Assembly (NCBI RefSeq): GCF_009914755.1
Contig: NC_060928.1
Direction: 5' to 3' (one strand)
From: the human T2T-CHM13v2.0 reference genome, Homo sapiens
DNA length: 64,000 nucleotides
Shown here: positions 27,366 to 40,832 of the stretch, piece by piece
Layout of the letters: every line of letters starts with the position of its first letter
How positions within the stretch are numbered: position 1 is the stretch's first letter
Notes under the pieces: generated by a model
What the model was told of the DNA's origin: nothing
Database searches by the model: none
Seen by the model: only the letters and a program-made list of their open reading frames with translations
Translations under genes and position numbers: made by a program

Positions 27366-29174
27366 TGGGTATATTCATTTTATGTTACTATACAATAAAA
27401 TACTATAAACTTAATGGCTTATATAATTCCTATTTATTTATTTTTTGAAACAGGGTCTCACTCTATTGCCCAGGCTAGAGTGTGGTGGTGTGATCTCGAC
27501 TCACTGCAGCCTCCACCTCCTGGCTCAGGTGATCCTCCTACCTCAGCCTCCTGAGTAGCTGGGACTACAAGGCATAAGCCACCATGTGCAGCTAATTTTT
27601 AAATTGTTCTAGAAATGAGGTCTCACTATGTTGCCTAGGCTGGTATGGAACCTCTGCACACAAGCAATCCTCCTATCTTGGCCTCCCAAAGTGCTGGGAT
27701 TATAGGCATGAGCCACCATGTCCAGTCAATTCCCATGTATTATCTCACAGTTCTATATGTCAGAAGTCCATGAATGGACTAGCTCAGTCCCCTCCTCAGG
27801 GGCCTCAACAAGCCAAAATCAAGGTGTTGACCAAGACTGCAATTCTTATCTGAGGATTGGGTCCTCTTTCAAGCTTATTTACTATTGGCATAATTCATTT
27901 TCTTGTAGCTGTCACTAAGGCCCCTGTCTTCTTGCTTATTATCAGATATTGATTAGTTTGTTAGGCCTGGGAATTAATCTCTCTGGCTCTCTGTTCTACC
28001 TTCTAGTTTCTTAGTTCCACCCTCTGAGTCATCCTTCCTTTTTATGAAAAGTAGCAAACTTTCAGAGCTGAGTAGTTTATTAGCTTGTTTCCTGTCAGAA
28101 GAATTTTGGGGGTCTAACAAACTTCTTTCTTTGCACTTTCTTGGTCCCTTTCAAGTCAAGTGTGCAGCATTTCAGCTAATATAATGTTCTCGAGGACTTT
28201 GTGGGCCTTACGTATAGATTTCCATCTATAGATTTTTGCTCGATTAGACAAAAGTCATATCCATAAATCTTTTTATCATAACCTCTTCTTCATTTTTTGT
28301 TCCTCTTCCTAGAGGCCCTCTGGCTTGAATGAGAGGATATACGGAGCAACTCCTAATCTCTTGAAATAGCCTAAATACTCTGGCAGTTTACTATAGGCTC
28401 CTGGCACCTTTAGCACTTTGCTTGACAATCTCCTTAACTATATATACAAGTTTATGGACTGAAAGCTGTGTTTTCTACATAACTGCAGGAAAAAATTTTG
28501 CTAAGCATTCTGCCATTACATAACAGAGGTCATCCTTCCTATTTTTAAGTACAAACAAGGTACATATTAAAAACCAACTAATATTTCTGCTCTTCCAAAC
28601 ATCCCCTCAAGAGACGTGTGTCCTTTCACAGTTTTTAAAATCTGCTAATATAAATTTATAAAAAATGTGTATACATATTTCAATTTTACTTTGTCTTTCC
28701 TTTAAAAAACTGTTTCTTTGAAATCAAGGTGTCAGCCAGCTGCCTCATTTGGAATCATAACTAAGGAAATATTTGTTCCCAACCTCCCTCAGGTAGTTTG
28801 CCAAACTTAGTTCTTTTGGTTTTGGGAGTAAGTCCCTGTTGTCTTGTTATTTGTCAGATGAGGCCACTCTCAGCTTCGGGGGGCTGCTTTCAAGTCCTTG
28901 CCAGATGGCTCCCTCCATAGATTCTCCAGCATTTTCAATCTTTCTGACCGCAAGCATTCCCATGATTTCTTAAGGGTTCAGCTAGTTAGGTCAGGCCCAC
29001 CTAGATATTTTGTTTTTCTTACTGAACTCAAAGTTAACTGATCAATAACCAATTATGGGAATCATATCCCATCGTATTCTCAGGATCTGTCCACACTCAA
29101 GGGGAGGGTTATCCTAGGCATGCGTAACAGGGAGTGGGAGTCATGCGGGCCGTTTGAGAATTCTGCCTGCCACA
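27366..29174 (-). mobile_element. Deleted MaLR (MLT1E/F-like) provirus: partial LTR, internal remnant, second LTR
   Basis: Two copies of aaatcaaggtgt...cagat (near 27816-27947 and 28721-28859); ends gagaattctgcctgccaca. Confidence 0.65.
27431..27727 (-). mobile_element. AluJ
   Basis: acagggtctcactct...gtgatcctcctacctcagcc...caagcaatcctcc; flanks aattcctattta / aattcccatgta form the TSD. Confidence 0.9.
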
Positions 29175-29569
29175 GTAGCACAGCCACAATCCAATCCAGA
29201 TCTCCTTTACTCCAAAGCCTCTTCCACTAATACTACTCTATACCCCCACTTCCTAGGGTTATTGTGAAGCATATTTTCTTAATTTAATATGCTAAAACCA
29301 GCATAGATGTTTATGCTTTTTCAAAATGTCAGGCACAGACCAAATTTATTTACCTCCCACCAATGCAGAGATAAATCCATATTTGCTCAGAAATATAGAT
29401 ATTTGGTACAGACAAACTTACATATATAGATATTAATTACAATGCTCGATGGTAAAATTAATGTAGCTAAATTTTTCTCATAATTCTGTTGAATAAAATC
29501 ATAACATGTTCTCAAATAATGAAAACTAGTTATGCATATTACTGAGTATCTTCTCAGATTTATTGTTAT

Positions 29570-30049
29570 TTGGAGGTCTATTCAACTCATAATAAATGGT
29601 AAAGTTCCACTGGTTTAAAGAAGATAGGCTTTTCTGTCCCTTTTAAGTAACAGGGTGACTATAAGCATCTAGGGCTGATGTGATGGCCCCTAGGTAGTGG
29701 GGACCCATGCTCCTTCTATGTTATTGCTCAGGCATCTTAAATACATGTCTTCCATCATGTGCTTTAAGGTGGCCCCTCCAGCCCCCTTCATAATTCCAGG
29801 TAATATGGACAAGTGGAAGGACAGAGAAGGCATGGTCATTTAAATTAAGATGAATGACTAGAAGTTGCAAGCATTGATTTCCTCTTACATCCCATTTTGA
29901 TAGAGCCTGGTCAAATGTCTATTCCTAGCTGCAAAGCAGTCTGTGAATGTTATTCTTTGCTGAACGATGACAGACCCAGCCTAGAATTTTTATTGTTATA
30001 GCGAAAAGGAAAAATGGACATCAAAGGACCACTAGCCATGACTGCCACG
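29570..30049 (-). mobile_element. MLT1J/K-like MaLR LTR
   Basis: ggacccatgctccttctatg...cttacatcccatt...cctagctgcaaag...ctgccac terminus. Confidence 0.6.
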
Positions 30050-30590
30050 TGTTTTCTAATTGCAGTCCCAAGCTTTGTTGGCCAGTACTTCAGGTTATTA
30101 TGAACAGCTCTGACCTATTATTCCTGGCTGAGTAGAGGCAGGGGAATAATAATACAGGATTCAAAAATCTAAATTCTTATTGGCTTGTGGCAGGAAAACA
30201 CCTTTAAGGTATCAGCCAAGTAAACAGATCGTAAAGATTAGTGGTCAATAAGAGATTAGTGAATATCCTTTGCTTTACAAAACGTGATAAACCTCAATGT
30301 AGCTTGGAGAAAATTGACAAAAATATGTCAAGAGTTGCCAGACAATAGTGTGGTGCAGGTCTCTTATCACTTTATGGGCTACGAAGAAAAGGAGATGTGA
30401 CTGACCATAGAGGACACAGGAACATAACTGCATGGGTACTGAGTAGTATTAATTTCATTTAGGTCTGATTCAGGTGGGAGTTTCATTTCCGGGAACTCAC
30501 TCTAATCTGCTAAGTTGAATGGAATCTCATATGTAATTAGATTATATATCTATAATAACTTGAGAAAGCATACTTTCCCAATAGGCACTA

Positions 30591-31157
30591 TTTTTTTTTT
30601 ATTTTACTTTAAGTTCTGGGGTACATGTGCATCATGTGCAGATTTGTTACATAGGTAAACATGTGCCATGGTGGTTTGCTGCCCCTATCAACCCGTCATC
30701 TAGGTCTTAAGCCCCACATGCATTAGGTATTTGTCTTAATGCTTTCCCTCCTCTTGCCCTCCGCCTCCCAAAAGGCCCCGGAGTGTGTTATTCCCCTCCC
30801 TGTGTCCATGTGTTCTCATTGTGCAACTCTCACTTATGAGTGAGAACATGCAGCGTTTGGGAACCAAAAATACCATTTGACCAAGCAATCCCATTATTGG
30901 GCATATACCCAAAGGATTATAAATCATTCTGCTATAAAGACACATGCACACATATGTTTATTGTAGCACTATTTACAATAGCAAAGACATGGAACCAACC
31001 CAAGTTCCCATCAAAGATAAGCTGGATAAAGAAAATGTGGTACATAAACACCATGGAATACTATGCAGCCATAAGAAAGAATGAGATCACGTCCTTTGCA
31101 GGGACATGGATAAAGCTGGAAGCCATCATTCTCAGCAAACTAACACAGGAACAGAAA
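30591..31157 (-). mobile_element. L1PA7/8-like insertion with 5' inversion (twin priming)
   Basis: 30591-30860 is antisense poly(T) plus 3'UTR; 30861-31157 is the ORF2 end in sense orientation (ORF 30840-31160 IPFDQAIPLLGIYPK...); TSD aataggcactatttt / aataggagctatttt. Confidence 0.92.
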
Positions 31158-32559
31158 TAGGAGCTATTTTATCTATTGATGTTATTAGTATGACTTTAAT
31201 GATGTAACCACAGAATTGGTAAAATTCTGGGAGATATAAGGAATGTAATCAGATATCATTTAAATATTCATAAGAATAGTGGCCTGACCACACTGTAAGA
31301 ATATGAAACAATTCAGAATAGTATAAAACAGGGACTAGATTAGTTGAGTCCTAGTAGGTGGTAAAGTATATAGGGTGTGAGGCTATTGACTGAAAATGCC
31401 AAAAAATGATCTCTACTAAAGTTTCTTGAGCAGACTAGTCCTATTAGCCTATCCTATTTGGAGGGTATGGATTTGAATACATGGTTGACATAGTAACTAA
31501 AACAAGTGGACCAGCTTTTTTTACTTAGTGACAAGGGAAAAACCCATCTGATGTCTGCAGTCCATTTTTAATTATTAATTCTGCAGAGATGATAACCCCA
31601 CTTTTCTTTTTTCCATAGTGGGTAATTTTCCTTTAAGTCCTGGCAGTATTAGAATTTTAAATATAAATGATAGAGTATCATATATTATCAGAGCCTTGTT
31701 ATGTTTTTGTTAAATCTAGAAATGAAAATTTTTTTGTAATAATTTGGTCAATCCATTTCACTTGATGTTTGGTTTTAGAATATTTGGCCAGGTAGTGCTT
31801 GATTGCAATTAAGTGTACATTTGAGTAATCTTTTAGAAATTGTAATTTCTTAGGTCAAAAGTTATAAATTTTTTATAATATTAAAGAGTCTTAAGTTGCA
31901 TTATATTTTGGAGTTTAATATTAGAGTTACTAAAGTTACTTAAGTACTCTAGCAAGTTGCTAACTGGAGTAATTGAAATACTTCAAAAGAAAGTTACTGG
32001 GTTTATACATCAGATGTAGTTGAAAATGTTTGAAATAATTTAATTAAGTTTAAAATGGTAGAACTTGTTACAAAATTTTAGTTTATGTTCGGCTGATCAC
32101 ATATTAATCAGAAGCTTCCTTCTGAGAGATTTTTAAGATTTTCCCAATGTATGAAAAGAAATAATGAAGAAAATGTCAGATAACTTAAAATTTGAACTTA
32201 AAACCTTAAGTAAAATAGGCCTGTGAATTTGTGAGGTTGTTAAATCAGTATTAATTTGAAGACTTCAAATAGCTATAAGTAATTTTTTCCAGGCACATAA
32301 GTTACCCTGAAGTCACCAAAACTTTGCATAAACAAATACCTTTTTAGGGGAAACATGCTGATACTTTATTTTAAAAAATAATAATAATATTAACTTAAAA
32401 CAAAGTCACATATAAAAACTAAATAATCTGCACTTTCAAACTCCCTCTTCCAGTGGCATGTATCAATTTATATTTTTTCTGCTACTATAAAAAATGCATA
32501 TTTATGTATATATAGTTAAAATTTATTTTCTCTTTTCCTTTAAACCACGATTCTTTGGA

Positions 32560-33430
32560 CAAAGACCTTAAACAATTCACAGAAGAATTAGAAGTGGTCA
32601 ATAAATGTGTAAAAATGCTCAAATTCACCTTTAATTAATATGTACATTGAGATAACCACAAAATAATATAAATATATATTGTGATAACTACATAATTTTC
32701 ATATGTCGATTTGGCAACCATTTAATATACACTGTTGGCAAAATTAGTAATGTGAAATCAGCATTCACATACATGGATGATGCCATTGCAGAAAACTCTC
32801 ATGCAGATAGTTTGGCAGTATGTCTTTAATAGCTTATAATATCCACAATCTTTGATCTAGTGATTCTGCTTCTAAATATATATGGGCACAGACATTCATC
32901 ACAGTCACACTTATGAAATTAAAAAATTAGGATGAATTCAATGTCAAAGAAAGTACTCATTAAAAAATAGTGCTTACATTTGGTGAATATTGCTATTAAA
33001 AATGAGTTAGTGGGTGCAGCGCACCAGCATGGCATATGTATACATATGTAACTAACCTGCACAATGTGCACATGTACCCTAAAACTTAAAGTATAATAAT
33101 AAAATAAAAAAATAAAAAAAAAAGAAAAAGAAAAAATAGAAAATAAAACTATTTTCAAAGAGTAATGGCATAGGGATATGCTTATTGCAAAACTAAGACA
33201 TAAACCTATATATAAATCCCTATATAGGTAACCCATATATAAACCTAAATAAATATGCTTCTAATTAAATGTCTAACATAGGGATATATTTGTAAGGTAT
33301 GAAAGAAAACAAGAAAGTATTGTAACATAATCGCAATATCTCAGCATGGTGGAATTACTGGCAAAGATTATTTTTTCTTATGCTTCTCGTATATCTAAGA
33401 GATATATCTCATCTTCAATGAGCATGAATT
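32560..33430 (+). mobile_element. Ancient L1ME ORF2 end / 3'UTR, interrupted by a young L1 stub
   Basis: aaacaattcacagaagaa...atgctcaaattcac...tttggcagtat...tttgatctagtgattctgcttcta. Confidence 0.55.
33002..33140 (+). mobile_element. Young L1PA2/L1HS-like 3'UTR stub
   Basis: gagttagtgggtgcagcgcaccagcatggc...gtaactaacctgcacaatgtgcacatgtaccctaaaacttaaagtataat plus a long A tail, at a TT/AAAA site. Confidence 0.9.
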
Positions 33431-34394
33431 ACTTTCACATAATGTATATTTAATTTATTTATTTATACATTGCATTTACTAATTTATGACTAGGTCTCTT
33501 CTATCTGTAATACACCATATTTATTTTCTTGCTGTTTGGTTGATGTATTTTTAAATTATATAGCTAATCAGTTTGGGGAGTAAAATGAGAACACACTCTT
33601 CAGGTTTCATCAAAGTAGTCTTTGCACTAGACTACACTGCAAAATAAGAAATAACTTGAAAGTTTACTAAAAAAAAGCACCAGAACACTAAAAGTATGAA
33701 AAAAAAATCAGCCCAAATATGTTTGTAAAAAGGCTTAAAATCTTGGACTTCTGAGAATTTTGGAGAATATTTTCGAAAAACTGACCATCCAAATAAAACA
33801 TGTTTGTCTGGGATGCAAATTCATAAACAAAATGGTTGTAAGAAGTGAGAAAGACATGAGTCTTTGTTTTCTTTGATATTATTTTTAACACATGGAAATA
33901 TTCCAGTAAGTGATTTGAATTGCAATTTGGGAACCAACTGAATCAACAAAATAAATATGACAATTTGATGCCATTTGAGGATATTGGCATTTTATAAAAG
34001 AAATTGTCTTGTAGAGCAGATGATGGTTCTGGCTCAGGTTGCATCTCTTTTTCTTCTTTTTCTCCCCCTGGATGTAGACTGTTGCTGTTAGGTTCAAAGC
34101 ACTCTTGCCAACTCTAACACCATGGCAATAATTAAAAGGTGGAATTAGTGAAATGCTGCAAGGTAATAGAGGCTTTCAAAACTGTTTAGGACACAAGGAA
34201 ATGCTTGTACAGGTGATTAAGAGCAGGAGCATACAAGTATATCATGCTAATTTGGCAATTTTCACAATTATTTTAGAACTTTGCCAGAAGCTCATCAACC
34301 TGCACTCCCATTTCACTACAGTGTCAGGCCATAGTGGTTGCTCCACTTCTTCTTGGGTGTTTCTAGCACCAGAGAACTTTCAAACTCGTGGTGC

Positions 34395-34546
34395 TTCTTA
34401 ACTTGGGGTCACGAACTCCATAGTAGTACATAAATGCGTGTCAGGAATTAATACTGTGAAACTATATGCAAATATATTTATATGAAGATTACGGTCCATG
34501 TCTTAATCAGATTCTCAGAAGTGTCTGTGACTTCAACAGAATTAAG
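34395..34546 (+). mobile_element. hAT-Charlie MITE fragment (MER117-like)
   Basis: cttaacttggggtcacgaac...cagattctcagaagtgtctgtgac...ttaaga, interrupted at its terminus by an L1. Confidence 0.45.
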
Positions 34547-34816
34547 ATGTTCTCACTCATAAGTGGGAGTTGAACAATGAGAACACGTGGACACAGGGAG
34601 GGGAACATCACACACCCGGGCCTGTCGGGGGATGAGGGCAAGGGGAGGAAGAGCATTAGGACAAATACCTAATACATGCAGGGCTTAAAACCTAGATGAT
34701 GGGTTGATAGGGGCAGCAAACCACCATGGCACATGTATACCTATGTAACAAACCTGCATGTTCTGCACATGTATCCCGGAACTTAAAGTAAAATAAAAAA
34801 TAAATAAAGCAAAAAA
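34547..34816 (+). mobile_element. L1PA7/8-like 3'UTR stub
   Basis: atgttctcactcataagtgggagttgaacaatgagaacac...gcattaggacaaatacctaa...cttaaagtaaaataaaaaa. Confidence 0.92.
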
Positions 34817-34829
34817 GAATCATTACAGA

Positions 34830-35300
34830 GGTAGCCAATTACATTTTCAAACAGCTCAAATAATTGAACAATCAGATAAAATGTTATTACAATAACAATT
34901 TCTACCTCTCTAACCTAAAAAAAAAAAAAACCCTCTGGGACAACACAGTCTTATTCAACCTGATTATAACCCTATAAATAAAATAGGTTATATACTCTTG
35001 AAATCTCTTCCACTCTAAACACCCCCATTTTCTTAATTGTTTCCTTTTTTGATGACTGGTTGCTCTACTATCATGTCTACTCTTTTTATACACACTCAAA
35101 TTTGATTATTTATTGCTTCCTGAAGGATGGCTCCCCAGATTGCAGTTTTCAGGTGTGATCAAAAAGGTGACCATGCACTCCAAAAAGGACTAAATTTCCC
35201 CTATTCTGCACATTACTCTTATAGAGAAGCATTTGTGTTTTGGAGGGAGCCATAACAAATGTTTATCCTCTTTGAAAGTCAAATGATTTTTGCATGTGTT
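34830..35300 (-). mobile_element. L3/CR1 fragment
   Basis: ccccagattgcagttttcaggtgtgatc...ggactaaatttcccctattctgcacattact resembles the antisense CR1 ORF2. Confidence 0.4.
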
Positions 35301-35674
35301 CAGATACAATATTTGCTACATTCCATAAAGTATACTAAAGTTTTGCATCCCCCATTCCTACCCCTGCATCCCACACCTCCTGAATCTACTCATTTCTATG
35401 GCTGAGACATTGGATTGTTTGACACTCACCCTCTGTTGAAGTAGTCCTATGCTTGCTTTTGACTTTTCATTCAGGCTAGGCTAGGTTCCCTGTTTAATTA
35501 CTTCAGTGCTGATACTACTAACTCTCCCAAATTTCTCAGCCTGGCATACAGAGAAATATAAGTCATGTGGATATAAAACACTGATGTTCAAATCTTAGTT
35601 CTATCACTTCTTACTTCTACGCTCTTGGACCGTTTAGTCAAGATCTTAAAGGAGGAGGAGGAATTATCTTGAAA

Positions 35675-36030
35675 TGCGTATTAATCAAATGCAATTTTGC
35701 AACCTTGCTTGTGTCCTGATTTCAATAAACTAACTCAAAGAAGACATTTATAAGACAATTGGGAAATTTTAGTGTGACAATCCTATTTTGGATATTTTTA
35801 AAGGGCCCTTAACTCTTAGAGAGGTATACTAAACTACATGCAGATGATAATACAACATTTATGATTTCCTTTAATATAATTCAGTGGAACTATGGCTACA
35901 TGAATAGATGAGACAAGATTTACCATGTTGATATGTTTTGAAGCTGGTCAATAGGTACAGGAAATTCATTTACTATTTTATCCACATTTGTATTTTAAGA
36001 CATTTCTATGATAGAAAAGCCCAATTTTTA
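35675..36030 (+). mobile_element. L1MC/L1ME 3'UTR fragment
   Basis: aatcaaatgcaa...tcctgatttcaa...gacaattgggaaattt...ggtacaggaaattcatttactatt. Confidence 0.55.
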
Positions 36031-37021
36031 AAAAGAGAAAAAAATTTACTTTTAGCTCTTTGAGTTGAACAAAATTAGCTTACACTTCAATAAAAAGTCA
36101 CCAGAATTACTTTATTATTCCTAAATCCCTGGTATTTCCTCAGAGACATGAAAAGTCAGAAAAACAATTCCAGCTTCTAAAGTTTCAATTTCCTTATTGG
36201 GTCTCAGGATTTTTTTTAAAGTATCTTCTTTCTTTCAGTTTGTGCTATAGACTGGTTCAAGACTTTCTAGCTGAAGTACAACAGATATTTAGATACTGCC
36301 TATGCAGAATATGCTTGTTATACCAACTTGGAGAAGAGCAATTCTTATTTTATACCTGTATCAACCCTTAGAGCCCCCTTGTACAAATTGGAAAAAAGTG
36401 GTACTGCCTCTGATGGAGGCAATTTGTTTGGGCTGCACCCTTTGTTGATCCCTCAACTAGATGTTATTGTGCAGTGAACAAATTAGGTTTTTGTGATAGC
36501 CTTGGAATTTTAGAATCTTTCCTTTATTTTCCAAATTCTACTGGCAGTTAAACTGAGTTTGTTTTGTTTTGTAGAAAATTACTGGTTTACTACCCCCTCC
36601 TTCTTCACAGATACTGCTGGTACAAATTACTTTTAAGCTCTTACTAGATGACTCTTCTATCCATATCGCATGCAGTCTTCCTCTTCATGTAAACCAATGC
36701 ACTGCAACATAGCCATTTCTTCCACAGATTTATAAAGGGATAGGGAACCAACTACATCTTTTAAAAACTAAACTTTTTATTTTGAAATAATTTCACTTAC
36801 ACAGTTTTTCCCAATGCCAACATCTTACAAAACTATAGCACAATATTACAAGCAGTATATTGTCATTGACACAATCCACCAATCTCACTGAGATTGCCCC
36901 AGTTTTACTTGTACTCATTTGTGTATGTGTTTTTAGTTCTATGCAATTTTATCCCATGTAAATTAACCCACAAATTTTCATCTGTATGATTTTGTAGATA
37001 CTGTCTTAAACTATTGTAAAA

Positions 37022-37275
37022 TAATAGCTAACATGTATTTACTATTTATTATATACCCAACAGTTTTCTAAGCATTTCATATATATTACCTAACTCAACA
37101 CTCAGAACAAGCTTAGAAGGCAGACACCATTATCTCCATTTTATAGATAAAAACACCTGATGTACAAAGTTAAGTAGCTCACCCTTGTATCACGTAGCAA
37201 ACTATGGGCAAAGCTAAAGCCTGCATTAAGCAGTCTGATCCAGCGTCTGTGCTCTTAATCTCTATGCTGCACTCT
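37022..37275 (-). mobile_element. MIR
   Basis: ataatagctaacatgtattt...attatctccattttatagataaaaacac...cagtctgatcc. Confidence 0.75.
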
Positions 37276-38059
37276 CTGACAAATAAGTTCATTTTCAGCA
37301 ATTCCATGTCTTCAAAATGGGCACTAAGTGAGCATTTTTTGAGTCAACACCTCTACTCAGTATATTATCTAATTCTACCACAGAAAAGCTATTTTTTGCT
37401 GTCTCTGACTTCAGGTCATAGCCTGTCCAGCCCCTACCTAGCAATGTATCCTACTTTGCTACTGTGGCATGGAAATTAAATGCGACCAGGCAAGTCACCT
37501 GTCTAGCACAGTGCTAGAGATATGAGTTATTTGTCTTCTTTTCCCCTTGCATCTATTATTTTTTCTTCATTTCACCACAGTTAGGTTCTGCCCATGTCAC
37601 CATATGCCTGAACTCCTACTAGATATTAAATTCAGACATCAGACACTGTTCATATATATACTGCAACAGGCTGTGGTCTTCTTAACCTTCCTTCAGCCTC
37701 TTCCAACCCTGTCTCCACTGTCAGTCCCCATTGGCAGGTATTCTCCTCATGCACTGGCATACTATTTCCTAAATCTGCACTTTACCACCCCCCTAATTGG
37801 CACTGTTGTGTCTTCTCAATCTTTGAGAAGACAAAGATTATCTGCTTTTATTTATTTACTCACTTATTTGTACATAAAATGATAGGACCTTTCTTTGAAG
37901 AAAACAGGCAAAATTCAGTATGTAAGAGAGACTGGAAAAAATAAATGTTCTCCGGAATCTCATTGACTCAAAGCCTCCATACTGTGGAGCAGAGCTTGGA
38001 AACACCTCTGCTTGTATTTACTGTACTTTTCCAGCATGATTTTCTACAGCTTGTTACAC

Positions 38060-38520
38060 TGCTTTAGACTCTGTCATATTTTTTTCATATTCCTACTCTT
38101 ATTGCCACAATTGTTCATTTTATGCTTTGATTCATACTTTTATTCCTTGTCTGGAATGGTCTCCTTCCCTCTCTCCACATCTGCAAATCCTACTTCTTCT
38201 TTAAACAAACTCTACGAGGTTTTCTAAGAAACTGCCTCCATTCTTCACTCCATCAACACCTCTTATTCTCCTCACCAGCATGTCTTTAGCTGCTATTGCC
38301 TCACCACTCATTTGGGATTTAATAATAGTATGTTACTTTATTGGAATTTATTGCTGCTGATGATCTCTCTATGCCATTGTAAGCTTTTGAAAGGCATTGC
38401 CACTTTCTCAGAGTCCCATCTTCACCACTAAGAAATCTTAGACAAAGTACTTCTTTGTATTCCCATAGCAATTAGCACAGCATATTAAAGTCTACCCAGA
38501 TGTTTTGCTGAATGAATTAC
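38060..38520 (+). mobile_element. L2 3' end
   Basis: ccttgtctggaatggtctccttccc...aaatcctacttc...attgtaagcttttgaaaggca...tagcacag...ctgaatgaat. Confidence 0.65.
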
Positions 38521-40052
38521 TAAAATGTGTACAACATCACAGCATAAGGTATAGAAATTACGTGATGTCCTCAGTATTTAAGAAGAACAACTTTTGGGTT
38601 GCCTTAGAAGAAAGCAAATTATTCTTATCAGTCTCCTAGTTCTTTTAGCATCAATAAACCTATTTATATCTACTGCTTTAAATGGGAACTTTGGTTAATA
38701 AAAAATTTTGTCTGACTATATACATAGGACTATTGCTAATGACATGCAAATAGAAATTATATATATATATACACAACTAAATTTGGAAACAATATATACA
38801 AAATATGTAATCCTGTGAGACATTATATATTGACTGGGTAGACAGAGTCTATATTTATAGTAGAACTAGAATAGGTGGTAAACAAAAATCCATAGAAGGA
38901 TGGATAAGTTGATTTTTTTCTAAGTATTTTATGCCTATAAATTAGACCCAAAACTCATGAATGTTTATGCTTATGCTGATCCTTTGTGACAACCTTCTTC
39001 CATAAGAAATTTATAGAAAAATGTGTATTATGTAATTATTATATACATAATTATATGCTTCCTATATTTAGATAACATTATTACACCTCATTTTTTATAT
39101 GTAATCAGGGTCAAGAGACCCTAGTATATTAGGTAAAGAAAGAAAAATTCAGTTGCCTTCTATCCAAATATCTTCTATTGTTGATGAATAATTTTTAAAA
39201 TCCTGTTTTGAGGTACAAATTCACACCATTTTTCTTCAGAAAAAGTAACTTCGTGGAAAATTTTGTCTTTATCATCAGAAGTGTTTTATTAATATTGTTG
39301 ATCCTTAAGACCTTAAAGTTATAGTTAAAGGTGTAGTTATAATAATCAGTCACAATTTTAAAGTGACACTTCAAAAAAGCCTGAGGTAAGAATGGATTTC
39401 AAATAAGAGAGGTGTATGTGATATTGATATATTAGATGAGGAGGATAGGTAAACACCTATATTTTGTATAATATTCTACAAGAGTAAATTATTTTTGTGA
39501 CTTTATCCTAAAGGAATGGGTTTCATAAAAAGCAGAAGGGATAGCCAACAAAACTTGCCTGTCACAGCCTTTTTCTAGTCTAGGAATTAGACCAAGACTA
39601 TTGGGAAGGGCTGGGTGGTAAATGATTAAATGTCATTGTTCATGCAATAAATATACGGGAAGGTTTCACTAACAAGGTTGTGCACTGATTTTCTATGGTC
39701 AGGCCTACTTGAGGTATTTGATATGACTCAAGGTTTAGTAAGTTTCCTAGTTTAAGTAGATTGGATAATTGGAGAAAATGACCAGATTACATAGGACAGG
39801 GGTATAATTTAGGATAAAGGAAGTGGAACAAATGTAGCATCTGAATAACTCAAATTGCTAAGCCACAATAGAATAAAAAAAAAAAAGGTCCCTTAGAAAG
39901 GAAATATAATAATGTGGTCCAGCACATGGGCTCTGGAATCTGACTGGCTCTTCTACTTACAGCTGTGCAATTCCAGGCACACTACTCAAGCCTTGTGCTT
40001 TATTGTCCTTTGTGAAATGTGATAATAATATGTCTACTTCATATAATTGTTA

Positions 40053-40507
40053 TGAGACATCTACTATTTTTGCCCAGAATCATTCAGCCTATTATAGGCA
40101 TCCCCGCTTTCCCTTTTAGCCTATGTGTTCAGAAGAAGTATGTGATTTTATCTGGACAATTATGGAATTTCTTTTTTTTTGGCTGTGTGATTGGTTCAGG
40201 GACATTGACATTCTTCAGTCAAAGCAAAAGTGAGACATCTTCTTTTCCACCAGATTGGAACCTAAAAGATGTAGCAGTGAAGCTTCCACATCCCTCTTGC
40301 TGGAAACAATATGAGAACAAAAATGGAGGAGAGCAAAGCCCATGGATGGAAAGAGATAGGATACTGTTTTAGCTCCTGAATTTAGCAGTTTGTGAAACAA
40401 GCCCTATCATACTTTTAGTTATTTTTAAACAACAAATTTTTCTTTTTCTTCAGCTTAAGACAGCTTGAGTTGGGTCTTCTGACACCTGAAATAGAGTGCT
40501 GACTATA
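40053..40507 (+). mobile_element. MLT1K/L-like MaLR LTR following a MIR (39905-40052)
   Basis: gtgattggttcaggga...gcttaagacagcttgagttgggtcttctgacacctg...ctgacta. Confidence 0.55.
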
Positions 40508-40534
40508 TGGACTTTAAATTATATGTATATATAC

Positions 40535-40832
40535 ACAATATATATTAATATATAACATATTAATATATAATATACATATATGAATATATAACATATTGAT
40601 ATATAATATACATATATGAATATATAATATATTCATATATAATATACATATATTAATATATAATATATTCATATATAATATACATATATGAATATATAAT
40701 ATATTCATATATAATATACATATATGAATATATAATATATTCATATATAATATACATATATGAATATATAATATATTCACATATGGCATACATATATGAA
40801 TATATAATATATTCATATATAATATACATATA
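40535..40832. repeat. 36-bp AT-rich minisatellite, about 8 copies, each unit internally palindromic
   Basis: Unit tacatatatgaatatataatatattcatatataata; produces the 12-aa repeat ILYMNILYIHIC in ORF 40514-40816. Confidence 0.92.
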
